Positions 38,544 through 52,240 of a stretch of 64,000 bases of DNA are shown in pieces (within the stretch, counting starts at the first letter, position 1; every line of letters begins with the position of its first letter). The DNA lies in assembly GCA_028534125.1 (NCBI GenBank), contig CM052818.1, positions 12,588,001-12,652,000 of the forward strand, given 5' to 3'. This DNA comes from Lama glama (Eukaryota). The notes under the pieces were generated by a model. The model saw only the letters and a program-made list of their open reading frames with translations, ran no database searches and was not told where the DNA came from. The position numbers and the translations under genes were made by a program.

Positions 38544-38952
38544 CATTGCAGGACAAGTTACTCATAAAGCATACTCTAAGAAGGAGATTTTGTTCACACA
38601 GGAAGTTCAGTCGGCAGTGTTCTCAGAATTAATGCCTGAGGGGAATGGAAAAGAACCAGGTTTGGGTAGAAGGCGAAGTTGGGCTCTGACTAACCCCTTG
38701 CAAGCTCTGAAATTGGCATGGATATTCAGAGTCGTCATAAGCTAGGGTAACAAACCAAATCTTAAATCCTTGTATTAACCAGTGCCTGGAATGGGGAGAT
38801 GGCCTTCAATAAGAAGGCTTTCTTTTGCTGAGGACAATTTCCAAAGGATTGCCAGTGGAAGGTTATTTAAAAGCAGAATTCCCCCAAACTGGGTGAAAAA
38901 ACCCTTCAATCCTGATCAGGCTATCTGGGTAACATACACAGTGTCCACAGCA
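38544..38952 (-). mobile_element. ERVL LTR (LTR16C-like), 5' LTR of the provirus
   Basis: Minus strand begins 'tgctgtggacactgtgtatgttacccagatagcctgatcaggattgaaggg', resembling LTR16C. Confidence 0.75.
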
Positions 38953-39640
38953 CGTTGCTTGAGGCAATTAAACTGAAAAACATCATCATTAAGCTGTATG
39001 TTTGTAAACATGTGATTTCAGAACAAGGAACGAAAAATACATTGCCCTTGTCTCAAGAGAAGCACGGTTGCTATGGCAGTAAAACACAAATATGTCACCT
39101 CTACTACTTGTTCTCAAATGATAAAAGTCCACTTGTGAAATGGTTAGCTACAAGAAGTACATTGGAACAACTTTTAGCTACCTTACAGTTTTTTCACGAC
39201 TAAGACTTTAACAGAAGCTGAAGTCTGGAAGGACAACTGCAATTACAGATATATAGGAAATTCACTCACTGTACACACTCAGTGTATTTGTATTTCCTAT
39301 AGCTGCAGTTTTTACCCTTACAATCCTCCCTCCCAGCCCCCCACCCTCTGGAGGTAGGTAGATATAGTTTAAATTGAACTTAAACTTGAAATAGTCATGT
39401 TTTGGTCTCTGTGGATTGGGAAGATTCTTTTGGATGGCTCAGATTCTTGATTTTAAATCTGTTTTCTGGCCCTTTCCCTACTCCTTCCATAGAGGGTCTC
39501 TGACATATGGTAGAGCTTACAGGATCCTCCCTGGCTTCTGCAGTGGTGGTGTGTTCTCACCTTCTTGGTCATTGCTTACTTTACCAGTATCTGCTGTTTC
39601 TCAGCAGCTGGTGAATTTTTAATACATTCAGATAAAATGG

Positions 39641-39751
39641 TATGTGTGTGTGTGTAAAAATATACACACACACATATACATATACACACACATGCACACA
39701 CATATATGCACACAAGTATATGAGAACGATGAATATATATATATATATACA
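39641..39751. repeat. Compound (TG)n/(CA)n/(TA)n microsatellite region
   Basis: Directly visible. Confidence 0.85.
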
Positions 39752-40837
39752 CCTTTTTATCTGAACATGTATTAGTCATTCCTGTTTTTGTATTTTAAAA
39801 AAGCGTTTTCTTCTTGTATATTTTACATTAAACTAGAGGCATTAGATTCTGCAGTTACTCATTTAAAAATAAAAGGAATCCTTGTATTCCCTACCTAACA
39901 TTAGATGTTATCTTCAAGTCATTCAAAACAAGTGAAACTCTCTTATAAGCTACTTGGTTGAAGTAGAATGTACAAACTACAGTCTTAAAAAGAAACTTGT
40001 TCCAGTGGGGTTCTTGCTTCTTTGCCTTTCTAAATTCTCAAAGAAAATTTCTTAAATTAGAAAAAAAAGCATATTGATTTATTTGGGGTCTATATCTATT
40101 TGCAAATATGTGTATTTCCTTTGCTATGAATATCAATAAAGAAGCTACAGAGAAGCTACCTCAGGGAAGCTACATTTCCAAAAATTTTTGGTAAACTAAT
40201 AGACCAAGTACCTATATATTTTCTAGTGCCTCCTCAAGAACATGGGACAAGTCACTAAACCATAAACATAGATAAGAAGTCAGCTCAGTGCCATATAAAA
40301 TGCTTCAGTATGAAATTCGCTGAAATATTTTAAAATTGAGCATTATAAGAAAAAAGTTAATGATGTTTTAGTTAATGACCATCACATCAAGCAAAATATA
40401 ACAATCCCTTTTCATATTCTGAACTCCAGTTATATATTTGTGTTGTGAATGGAGCTATTCAAGCTGAAAGTTGTATTCTGATTTTCTTAGAAGGATGTCT
40501 TCAAGACTATATTCTCCCCTATATAAAGTTTAAAAGGCAGTAAAATCTGTTGCACTAATAAGAGTGAGAAACAATGCATCTGTGTTCTCCCCTGAAAGAA
40601 AGGTGTCCTTATATTTCATCAGGACACATTTTTCCTATATTAAACCAGTGTTTCAGTCAACTGGAGATTTTATGATCACAGTTTCTTAAGATGATTTTTT
40701 TTACCCACTTGAAATCTATACCCTGAGATTGTGTATAAGAAGTAAGTACAGTTTTCTTTTTTCGAAATTCATAGTTTGGATTCCATTTTGTATACGTCAA
40801 ATACTAAGCCCATGAGTGTCCTCAGATAGATGGAAGT

Positions 40838-40993
40838 AGATCTCAACCCTAACTGCTAGTAGCATCAGGGCTGGAGAGTATTTTGGTTGTTTGGTTTTCA
40901 TAATGATACACTGGCCACATCCCTAAATATTTCTAATTCATTTGGGCTGGGATGGCCTGGACACTGCATTTCTTTCAGGGCTGAGAAGCACTG
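40838..40993. mobile_element. MER5-family hAT MITE, decayed
   Basis: 'tctcaaccctaactgc' ... 'tttctaattcatttgggctgggatgg' ... 'cagggctgagaagcactg' termini. Confidence 0.55.
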
Positions 40994-42340
40994 CTGCTGC
41001 TTCTCAGTGGCTGGTGAACTGTTAATACATTGAGCTACAAAGATAGATATGTATGTAAAGGTATTTATACATACACATATACATATAAATCAAACAGTGA
41101 CTGAATTACCCTTATAATGTGAACATTTAACCTCAAGCCTTAAATAATTCTCGAATCCCCGAGGTCTGATTATCTAATATTGTTTAGAGTCTCAATAGAC
41201 AGGATAACAAAACTGCAGATTAACTGCTACAGTTTATTCATAATCATGCTATTTTTTGCAGCATCTCACTCTGGCTTTATTTGCATTTCTCAACTTGCTC
41301 CTTAACCTCATACTTCAAAGTAAATTTTAAGATGGAAATTAATCCACAGAAGAAATACCAAGGCAAGAACAATGGGTTGTCTTCTGAAAAAATGTTCAAT
41401 TCATCTCCATAGTAATAGAGAGAATGAATGTGGTTCTAGAAATTGATATGGTATATAGTAATGGGAAATCTACAATTTGCTATATTTAAAGACCCTAGTC
41501 TTCAGGGACTATCATTTAAATATATCACTGAAATGTTATTTCAGACATTTGCCACTTAGACTTCATGAAGAAAAAATTCATTCACATTCAATTGTAAGAT
41601 TTTTAGTTTTATCAAAAACTTTCAAAGTAAAGAGTTGATTTATTATTTAAAAAGACATCAAAGATAATTGAGTGCAGCTTCAGACTCAAACCTCATTTTA
41701 AATCTTGGTCTGAGAAACAAATTCATTATTCCCTTGTCTCTCCTAAATGTTAAGATTTTATAAGCCAGTAAAACAAATAAAACAAGGAATACTTAATTCA
41801 TAGCACTGAACAAATATGTTTGGGCTGTGTTGTCTCATCCCTTCTTGTTCCCTTAAATCCACTTAGTGTGACAGCCTGACACAACAACTGTCTTTATCGA
41901 TAAAGTACATATCACCTTGGACAAATGTGTAGGTTTAAAAAATGCTCTTGTCATAGGAAAATTTATCTGTGGTCTCCTAACTGTATGTTCAGTCATATTT
42001 TATGATTTTGTTTTCAAAAGCCGTGGTTGCTAAAATTGATGAGCTGTGCTGATACCCACAACATGAGCATCCTATTTCTTCAACCAAAAATCCATCACTT
42101 TCTGAGGAGAAGCAAGGTCAAGGGGTACGTGAACACAGAATCTTTTTCACTCAGACGTGGGAAAGGAGAGGGGACGTGGAGGCAGGTAGGGGCAGAGTGC
42201 CTTCCAGACTTGTTCTCAAGTTCCCAGATCTGCTTTCACAGATGTTCTAGTTGGTCAGGAACAAAGGCATAGAAAAGGCAGCATGCTGAGACCTTAGGTC
42301 AGTCTTCATTTTGCCAGAGAACGTGAACGTCTTCACCAGG

Positions 42341-42445
42341 CAGTGCTTCTCAAACATGAATGTGCGTGTGGATCCCCCTGTTGAAACGCAGAACTCTTTT
42401 GATAGGTTTAAAATAGGGCCTGTGATTCTACATTTCTGACACGTC
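42341..42445 (+). mobile_element. MER5-family hAT MITE fragment
   Basis: 'cagtgcttctcaaacatgaatgtgcg...gggcctgtgattctacatttctgaca'. Confidence 0.7.
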
Positions 42446-43104
42446 CGGTTACTCAGAACAGGACATCTGATTATAATCTCTTTGCAAATTTGCCTCCTGA
42501 ACTCACCTTACACCCGTGTGCTTCTCCAAGACTAGCAGTCCAGTGAAACAGAAGGGAGCATTGGGCATTTAGGAACTGAATGCTTGTTCCCTTGTCCCAT
42601 GAGTGTGTGTATAAGGATCTGCCAGTCATCTTCAGTTAAGCACCTCATTACCTCTAATTAGAGAAGAAAAAGCATTCTCTTCAAATTTCTGTACTCTGCT
42701 CTACCTAGCAGACTCTTTGTCTTTAAAATATCATATTTCAGCAGAGAATTTACAAAAGTGATCTTCTAATGAGTTGGCGATAAAGCTACTCTCTTAGCTA
42801 TTGAAACAGCTATATTCAGAGTTGAATTAAGATTTTGTCCATGTGTAAAGAAATGGAATAAGTGGCAATAAGTTAATAGGTTCTGTCACTAGTGGAGCAA
42901 ACTAACTCTTTTAAAAAATTAACCCTGAATCTTATCCTCTTTCAGTAGTTAATAGAATTGAGAGATTGAATACTTCATGTATTATTTATAACATTAATAG
43001 AAAAATAAAATAATTATGTCTTGGCTTCATCCCTTGCATGTTTAACTCTCTGCTTTCATCATTTGGAGATTGCATTGAATTTGAGGAAGGGGCTGTCATT
43101 GAGT

Positions 43105-43335
43105 CTAACTAGTACCAACATTTAGAGAATGCTTAATGTGACCAGGCAGGCACTATTCTAGGTATTAGGTCAAGGGATCTTCGTGAGGTTTGCACAATTA
43201 CTTTATTTCCATTTTAAAGACACAGAAATTGAACAGTTTAGAAACTGATCCTCTATTACACAGCTGGAAATATTACACAGCTGTGTCAGGCAAGGCTTGA
43301 AACCATGTGTTCTGACTACAGCGTCCATGCAAGTA
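43105..43335 (-). mobile_element. MIR SINE
   Basis: 'aacatttagagaatgcttaatgtgaccaggc...tttccattttaaagacacagaaattga...gcttgaaaccatgtgttctgactacagcgtccatgc'. Confidence 0.7.
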
Positions 43336-43719
43336 ACCACTCTGCGATTCTGGCTTGTTAGTTACACAGGTGCATGGAAGGTGTGATTTCAGAGGCCAGG
43401 GATACCCCTCCAACACAACCCCTGACCCAGATCCCGTCAACAGCAGCCAAAGCTGCAGATACTTTGAATTTATTTTCTCATTCATTTTCGATATCAGATT
43501 ACCACACATTATCGAAAATGATTTACCCACTTGGATAATCCCAGAAAAGTAACAACCTTGTATAAATCCAACTGTTCATCTCTCCAGTCCCTACACTCGC
43601 ATTGCTAAGTCCTGAAGGAAAGATCAATTGTTTGTCCTGAAACTGTTACACCTACATTATTTCCAGCCTCAGTTGTGTGCTCATATTTTTTAGGAAATTT
43701 TCCTTTCAACTGGTAATTT

Positions 43720-44345
43720 GTATTATTGCCACTCCTTCAGCCCTGCCACCTCACCTTCCCACTCTCAGATGTCCTTGGCTCCTATTTCCTAATGGCTATA
43801 GAGTCCTTTAGGTGTGAAGTCCCTTAAATCCTCTCACTTTATGAACATCCCTGTACATTTCATCCAATCGGCCTTTCTTTGCTTTATTTTGGTTTCCTTG
43901 GAAATAATGCCCCTCCTTCCATCCAAAGCTTACCCTGTGCCTCTGCTAAGGATCACACCCCCATTGCTCCCCCTTCTCTGTCTCCACCAGTGTCTCCTTC
44001 CAGTAGCTTCCATGCCTTCGGTGCTCAACTCTCTCCCAACATGAAACAAACAACACTGCACTCACTGTTACTACCCATTCTAGCTAGGGCTCTGTCTCAC
44101 CCCTGACCAAAAGTATTTTAAAGAATGTACATGTACATCTATCTTTATATTTTCTCTCTTGTTTTCTCCTCAGTCTTTGTATTCACTGATTTTACAGTCT
44201 TCAGAATCACTAATGATATCATACTACAGTTTAGTGGACATTTGCCAGTTTTCATCTCCTGTAATTTCTTCAGTTTTTGGCATTACTATTACTTCTTTGT
44301 ATTTTAAATGATCTCCTCCATTCTTTTTTAGGATAGCACTCTACC
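43720..44345 (+). mobile_element. L2 fragment (pyrimidine-rich ORF region)
   Basis: 'ccctccttccatccaaagcttaccctgtgcctctgctaaggatc', 'tcactaatgatatc..cagtttagtggacatttgccagttttcatctcc'. Confidence 0.6.
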
Positions 44346-44994
44346 TGTTTTGTTGTTGTTTTTGTTGTTGTTGTTGTTTGGTAACAATGTGCAGCGGTGA
44401 AATTGGGAAGGTAAAGAAGAAATCTGAGGATGTGACAATGTCATATGTTGCTTTCACATAGCTCTACAGAATATGAACATATGTAGCCCTGTGGAATAGA
44501 CCATTTGTTTCAGTTTTCATTATATACTATTGCTCTGACACCATCCTCTAAATAACAGAGAAGGATGTGAAACAGTGTTCTAAATCTCCTTGTTCCTACA
44601 GCTATCATAAATACTCCATTCTGAAGAAATGGGCCCCTTAAAAAATAACCAGAAAGACGAAAAGTTCATCTCAGGCAGAGTAATGCTTTTTGATCCCATG
44701 TGACCTTTTTGTGTGTAGCAAAGTCAGAGAAGTTCATAGCTGTGTTTCCAGGGCAGTGCACAGCACCTCCACATTTAGCTAGCCGAAGCCAGAGGGCTCA
44801 GTGTGCAAAGTGGGAGTGCTTTCCCAGGAGATACTCTTCCAATTCTGGAGAAATGTGATACGGGTGCTTTCTAGAATTTTACATGTTCCTGAGGTTATCT
44901 GTAACTTGAAGAACCCAGTTTGATAGGTTAAATACCTGTTTCTGGAAGATTCAAATTGTTCACTGATTTTTTAAAATCTCCTTAATCTTGCTTG

Positions 44995-45125
44995 ACTTCT
45001 AGGCTTAATTCTCTGCCTCAGCTTTCTCATCTGTAAAATGAGGATACCATTGTGCGTACTTCAAAGTGGTGGTGTGAATTTTAAATATGTAAACCTATTT
45101 TATGTGCTTATTACTGTTATTATTT
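44995..45125 (+). mobile_element. MIR fragment
   Basis: 'cttaattctctgcctcagctttctcatctgtaaaatgaggata'. Confidence 0.8.
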
Positions 45126-47502
45126 TGTACTTTCTCATTTCTATCAACTTTATCTTAAGTCTCACATCCACAGAAAATCATTCAGGAGCATAAACTTTCA
45201 CCTTCTTATTAAATTGATTCATTGAATGTACCACCACAAACAGGCAATAAACAAACATCTTTAATCTTCCAAATGATGAGACACTAGGAATCTTAAGTCA
45301 CCTCGGGGTTCCCCTGAAAGCAGGTAAGAAGACTGCCTAACAGAGTTGCTGTGCAGACTAAATGATAAATTATGTGAGGCACTCAGGGCACAGAGTGACT
45401 TCCTTGTTTTAATTATGAAAATTACAATAAGTAGAATCATTTTGGGCTGAGAGTTTGTGTATATTCTGTTTACATTAACAGCATTTAGTAGTGATAACGA
45501 TGGAGTAATAGTAACTGAAAGAGTGGTTCATTTTATTGCTCTGCTCTCTCAGATTTAGAGGAAAAAGTCAGTTCAGTCTAGCCAGTACTCTTCTTGCGTG
45601 CCTGTATTTTTCCCTTATTAATCAACCTACTGTTCTTTTTCAAATGCCATCTTAGCTTCTTAATCTTCACCTCTATACTACTAGTAGGCAGATTTTTCCA
45701 AACTTCAAAGAAAACACTCAACCAACTTCATTCATTGGTTTTATTCACATATACTATATTTAAAATCATTTTCTATAGATACAAACCTTTTAGCTTTTTG
45801 AAATTTTTAATGCTTCAAAAAATATTCTATTATAGAGAGTCTAGTCTTTCTCTTATTATCTTAGAGAATGTGTATTTCCTTTCTCTCACTTTGGGGAAAG
45901 GTGCAGGCTCAAGTGTGCATGTGTGCATGTGCGTGTGCATGTGTGTGATTGGAGTGGAGACATAGATTCTAAGGGTTAAATACTCAACATTATAGGCAAG
46001 GAATAGCTTAACACCAATTAGTAATACCAAAGAATTAGCAAGGACTAGGTAGAAGCAGCCCTTCCTTCTGATTTTTCACAACATGCGTGTAGTACTTTGA
46101 TTTCTTGTGGGTATCAACATTTGTGATACTTCTTTGAAATCAGGTCAGAGTGTTCTTTTAACAGTTACCACTTTCATTCAATTTTAGTAATATTCATAGA
46201 GTGACAACTAGGAACAAAATAACCGCCATAAATAATTTCCTGTGAGATGTTTTGGATCGCTATAAACTTTTCAAAGCTGATAGAAAGGAGTATTAGATGA
46301 GGAAATTCATTTTCTTTGGGGCAGCATAACTTTCCTCAACGTGTGGTGTTTACCTGCTCTGGAGCCAGGACATATACAAAGTATTCACTCTGGAAAAGTG
46401 GTTGAGATCTTCCTACCAACAGGAGTAAGTCAAGTTCATGCATTTCTGATTCCTTCCAATCATGGAGCATGGAATTATGTGGGGTAGAATAAATGACATC
46501 CTGCCTGATATTATCCCCTGTATTTCCTTTCCAAAGTTGCTTAAACATGAATATTCATTACATGAAACATTCATGAAAACAATTAACATTCAAATCCTGC
46601 AAATGTCTTAAAAAGTATACACTTCTTAGGGTAAATGCCATATTATGTAGTAAGAGTTTTTCCTAGGTAGCTCTATGGTTATTTTTTAAGAGTTATTTTC
46701 CTTTTAATTTAAAGATACATTAGTATTCTTATTCCCAAATTTCATAATCACCCCTTCTATTTGCCTGATATTTAAATTTTATAAAAACTTCTCTATCATC
46801 TCCTTATCTTCATACCATTTTCACATATACTCTCAGGATTTATTATCAAGGTAGCAATGTTAGGATTTGGCTTTCCAACTTAGTTTTGGCGAATTCTGAG
46901 GACATGGAGCTGCAACCTGCAATTTTGTTAGTCATCTTTTCAGCAAGTATACTCCATAGGGTGAAGAATTTTTTTTTCACTCTTCTATTTTCTTCATTAA
47001 TGAAAAGTTAAAAGTGAGATAATTACCACATTATGCTAAAGCTTATGCTCAAGCATTAGTATAGGTTTCCCAAGAGATGCAGATACGGTTTGTGGCCCAC
47101 AAGTCTTAAGATTCTTATTCACTGTTGGTTCTTTTTCTTTCTTTTTTGTCCCCTACCCCCCATCTCTTGCGGAGGTTTTCTGTCTTTCTCTCAGCCATTA
47201 CCACTACTAAATAACAGACTGGCTGAATTTGTGTATCACAGCACTTCCAAACTTACGTGTCCACAGAATCTTGTGGTTTCTTGTGATTTTATTAACATAC
47301 CACAGAATTAGTGTTCCCAAAATACAGCATATACGTCTCATGTAAAACACTGGGCTAAACCCCACGGTGACTGCTCCAAACATGCTTATAGAAAGTGGAT
47401 AAATGAGCAATTAAAAGACTACGCATTAAAAGGATACATTTTAAAATGTCTAATGAAAAACAGATAAATACCTAGTTTTAGCTTAGAGACATCGCTTTTC
47501 AG

Positions 47503-47715
47503 CATGGAAGTGGGCTGTGAACCCTGAGAATGGAAGGCTCAGAATGTTGCGTGTCCTCCCAACATACCCACATTTCACGGAGCCACCGGGGGTCCCTGTG
47601 CCGTGGTCTAGGCCTCCTGAGAGCTCCGGGTCGTAAGTCTTCTCCTTTAGGAAAATGAGAAGTTACGGGGTCCAGCGCAACAATCCTCCGATTCTTTTAG
47701 TACCTCTCTTTTCGA
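47503..47715. other. Locally CpG-rich unique segment with overlapping exon-like signals on both strands
   Basis: About 10 CpGs in 47549-47714. Plus: 'cttttcag|' 47503..47632 '|gtaagt'. Minus: 'ttctcattttcctaaag|' 47644..47568 '|gtatgt'. Confidence 0.3.
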
Positions 47716-48454
47716 CTTCCCTGAGCATATAAATATAAAGATAATTTGATTCAAATGAGCTTTATCACATAATCACATTTTCTAACTGCAATTCTTTTTT
47801 CTTAAATTTTATTTACTGACAATAAAAATAATCAGGAGAAGTGGGAGAAGGAAAGTAATGCTTGTCCGGCACTAACTTGTACCAAGCACTACAGTAGGCA
47901 CTATAAGCTGTTTCATTTATTCTAAAATTTAATGATTACTTGATAAATATGTAGAGTTAGTTAATACTGAAGATTTGAAAGGGAAGTAATTTTATGCAAA
48001 TAAGAAATAAACATCTTAAAATACTTTACTACCTGAAATACAAATAATACAAGAGAATGACTATCATTCTATTATTATTATATTTTAGACTATGGCTTAA
48101 AAATTTAGATGGAAGACCTATTTACAATTATTGCCAATTTTGTATTTTCAAACATTTTTCCATTAAGCTACCTTTAACTTCTTTAGATAAAATATTTTTT
48201 TGTGGTAATGTTAGACTGAATCATTTGAAATCGTATGTTGAATAATTCTGAACACACTGTAGACTGGCAATAGGAAATTAATAACTTGAAGCACTGCAGC
48301 TTTACTTAGGTTTCTAATTGGGAACTGTATGATATGAATTGACCAGTTAATATATTTTTCTATTAACATATCAAGCCTATATATTTATAATACATTTTAT
48401 AGAACATATTGTATTATATGACATAAATTAAGGTATAATTTTCCAAGTAAATTG

Positions 48455-48769
48455 AAGGAAGCTCAGTTCTGCTGGGGAACTTTGGAAGCACATATGTCAG
48501 AATTTTCCCAGTAGAGGTGTAAAGTGGTAGGGTGTTTACCATATAAGACCCATCAGTCATTGGCCAGGAGGCTGTTCCCAAGGAACGTCAGTTCCCTGGA
48601 AATTCTAATCTTCCTTCTGTGTATGCAGAGCTAATTCCTGGGTCAGAGAGAGTCCTCTGGCAAAAAATTGCAGGTGCTGGACATTGGAAGATGTGCTAGA
48701 AGGTGGGCTGGAATGCAGGGAATAGGTGAGTACTCAGAGGATATAGCAAAGCACTGACAGGATGCTACA
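48455..48769 (-). mobile_element. ERVL LTR fragment (LTR33-like)
   Basis: 'gctcagttctgctggggaac..cagaattttcccagtagagg..cccatcagtcattggcc..gaggatatagcaaagcactgacaggatgctaca'. Confidence 0.65.
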
Positions 48770-48814
48770 ATGTCTTCTATAAGAAACATCCTTTTAAAAA
48801 CAATAAATAAATGA

Positions 48815-49020
48815 AAGGTAGTATTATGTAATGAACAATAGCATGGTTGATGGAGCTTATAGACCAGAAGTCAAATCCAGATTCTGAATATCCTGGCAGG
48901 CTAATCTTGGGAAAATCATTTAATTTCTCTCAGACTGGGCTTCCTTAAAATTTGTAAAACTTAAATGAATTAATATCTAAGAGGTGCTTACCACAGTATC
49001 TAGTAATCAATAAACAGTAA
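48815..49020 (+). mobile_element. MIR SINE
   Basis: 'tggagcttatagaccagaagtcaaatccagattctg...tcttgggaaaatcatttaatttctctcagactgggcttcctt'. Confidence 0.7.
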
Positions 49021-49828
49021 ATATCAATGTATTCAGAAGGTCGTTTGATGTTTAACATATTCTATGCCATTTACCCACCATATTCTAATGCAAGAAAACT
49101 AAAATATCTTTCTTTGGTAACTGTTCAACCTGGACTTGAATCTTCCGAGTGACACGGCATACTCAGCCTAAAGAGTTTGTCCTTTCTGGTCTGGGGCAGC
49201 ACTAATGGCTAACATGTTCTTTTTTATGTTGGAACTGAAACTACTTCACTAGTAAATAGCCTCACAGATTATATTAAGATTAATAGCTTCATTAATAAAT
49301 AGCCTCGGACCCTCGTCTCCTAATTTTGTGGGACCTGTGAAACAATAGAGCACATGAAGGATTGCAAACTTTTTGTGTAAAAGTTACAGTCAAACTAGCA
49401 CAATTGATACATAGAATATTTTCAGTTTCCCGTTTCTGAAAAATGTCTACATAATGGAAAAATGGAAATTTATGTATTAAGATACCATTTTTAGTGGACT
49501 GAAAGACAGCAAAATGTAAGCTGTAAGTAAACTTAATTTCATTATGTTTCTCTGGATATCTAATTATTGATGGGTCAGTAGTTTTTGGGTGATTAGTAAG
49601 TTAAGGTGGAAATAATCCATAAATTATATTTATTCTATGTAATCTTTGCCTTCATTTTAACCACATCATTAACTATTGTTATAATCACAATTTTAACGTA
49701 TTTTTGTTTTCTAGACAGTAATACCACATTAGACAACTTTAAAAACAATCAAATGGTCTTTAGATCATTTTTTGAAATAAAGATATATTATTATGATTTT
49801 ATATTAGAGCTCAAAGAATAGATGTTGC

Positions 49829-50025
49829 AATTTTATAGAGGTTTACTTTACAAAATGTGCTACACTTTTTAAGTGTATAGTTGATGAGTTCAACAAATGT
49901 TTAAAGTCATGTAACTACCAAAATAATGAAGTTATTTGATATTTCCATCACTCTTGAGACGTTCTCTCATGCCCCTTTTTAGATAATCTCCTCCCACCAC
50001 CCTCAGCTCCCAATGGCACCTACTG
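49829..50025 (-). mobile_element. L1 3' terminus (L1ME/MB-like)
   Basis: 'tttaagtgtatagttgatgagttcaacaaatg...catgtaactacca...atatttccatcactcttga'. Confidence 0.75.
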
Positions 50026-50915
50026 AGTTATTAATAGTTCTTAGTTATTTTATAATCAATATGGAAAATTGTAGCCTCCTCAGACAGCAGTCATTAGAAT
50101 TGCTAATAAAATTATTAAATTGAAAGTGAGGTTAAAAAGGAAATTATAGCTTTCAAATAATATGTTCAAATATTGCAATGGGATAGCAAACAGTAAAGCA
50201 TCACCATCCCAGAAAATATTACAAAACATGTTAATTCCATCTTATAAATTGCTCTCTCAGATTGCTGTTTTCACCACTTCTTAAAGCAGCATATAGTTCC
50301 ATAGATTATTGCTTGCATTCTTCTTTCAAAATTTCAATGCTTGGATACTATAAAGAAAATGAAAACAGCAGTATGGTGCCCAATTTGTTCCAATTTCTCT
50401 TCATATACTTTGATCTATACTTGCCGGAAAATAGTCTCTATAGAAATCACTGTTGAGATTATTTGTACATTAATCTTATTCTTCATAGTCCTGGGGATAG
50501 TGTTCATTTCCTTGTTCTAATTGTCTTATTTTTTATTGGAATGCTACACATATTGCATTTTTTCCCACTCAGATCTGTTAACCTTTTTTTTTTTGCTAAC
50601 CTTTACTGATATTTTTTAAAGTAAATAAGATTTTATACTAAGTAATGTGAATAGTGTAAATTTAAACTTTGGTTTCTGCCCAAGACCATGATTCACTCTT
50701 TATTTGAATATCACCCTTGTTTCACTTTTTTTTTCCTATTGCATTTTGTATCTTGTCTAAAATCAATCTAGTTGTTTTATTTTGATGACTATCTCTGGAA
50801 CAGACTGGAAAAATTAGCAGGCAAAAAAGTGCTTAGAACAACCAGCCAAAGAGACTTCATTCTGTAAGACTTCATTGTATTCTTTCTATTAGAGAAGAAG
50901 GAATCACAAGTTAAT

Positions 50916-50975
50916 TTTTTTTCTGCTCTTACACAAATGTTTCCATTTTTTTCTGCTCTTACTCAAATGTTTCCA
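50916..50975. repeat. 30-bp tandem duplication (1 mismatch)
   Basis: tttttttctgctcttac(a/t)caaatgtttcca x2. Confidence 0.95.
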
Positions 50976-51984
50976 CAGCTGACATTCATTTTTTAGTTCA
51001 AAGCAATGACTTACAAAGGGGTTAGTAGCACAATCTAAACCTTCAAAACCTTCAGCCACAGTTGCCTTTTGTTTTGAAGATATAGGGCAAGAAATGTGAA
51101 GAATTTCCTAGAGGCCTGAAAGAATTAGTCACAAAACAAATGTCTGGCTGTGGGTTGAGCTGTGCAGCACTGCATGTGAGATTCTGAGGGACAGAGGTGC
51201 CTGAATAGCTCTAAAACGTTTATTTTGTGTGTATGGGATATGCAGGGCCTCCTAAATCACATGGCTTAGAGCAGGGAAATCCACTGAATGGGTCTAAGGA
51301 TGGTCTAATCTGATTTCTTTATGACAGACCTTTAGTTTTGATGGTAGCTTTTAATATCTTCTGTTCTCATAGCTGAACACTGCTCATTTCTTCAACTCTT
51401 CTGCTGAAAATGCTTGATTTATACCATGACCTGGAATTTGAAGTAAGTAATAAGGCTCAGTCCAACCATAGGCTCCAGTCATTAGCACACAGTCTAGGAG
51501 GACTTTCCTTTTGTTTATTTTTCTCTTCACTTCCAACTTCTTTTTTGGTACCTCCCCAGATTCCTGCTTAACCTGTAAGCACTGTCCAAAGAATGCTGCC
51601 CCTTAGTCAGTGTGACTCACTGGCAATGCGCTGTTGCAAGTGCAGTCATCCAGAGGCTCTGACTGCGGAACAGGAGACACTGAATCTGTGTTATAAACTC
51701 TCCTCTTCTGTGTAGTTGATCCACGACACTGGAGCTCCTTGTTGGACTCTTTTTCTAAGTGCTTGTTATTCTTAGCCACCTTCCGATTCCTTCCTGCCCT
51801 TGATCCGGTTTCTTCTTTTATTCCCAACTATTCATAGTTCTCTTTGCTACTTATATACAGAGAAATGCATGTCTAAACTTTATAGATAGAAATATAGCTA
51901 AATATAAAAATCATAAGCCTTGAATACAATAATGTCTTCCTTATTCGACATACTTTCCAGCTATATCCACCACTCTGGCTCGCC

Positions 51985-52240
51985 TGCTCTCTACAGTCTT
52001 GAGGTTTTGACATCTGTTCTTTGAAGTGTGGTTGCCAGAGCTTAAGCAACTTTAGACATTGAAATTCAACATAAATTGGAAGCTAAAATCTCCCTATTAT
52101 GCTACACCGTCTGTCTATTTTTGCCATCTGCAAACAAATTAGCTTTATGGAGGTACCAATTCCATACTGTTGCTACTATTAAACTTGTAATAAAAAACTG
52201 GTAGAACTTTTTTTTCCGTTCATACAAAGTGTTGCTAAAA
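51985..52240 (-). mobile_element. L3/CR1 fragment, highly decayed
   Basis: 'ttgaagtgtggttgccagagct', 'attagcttt...catactgttgctactattaaacttgt' resemble antisense L3 RT. Confidence 0.45.

Noticed and set aside
45594..45965. 123-aa hydrophobic ORF
   Set aside because: Composition reflects T-rich DNA and a TG-type repeat, and the start codon is non-ATG.
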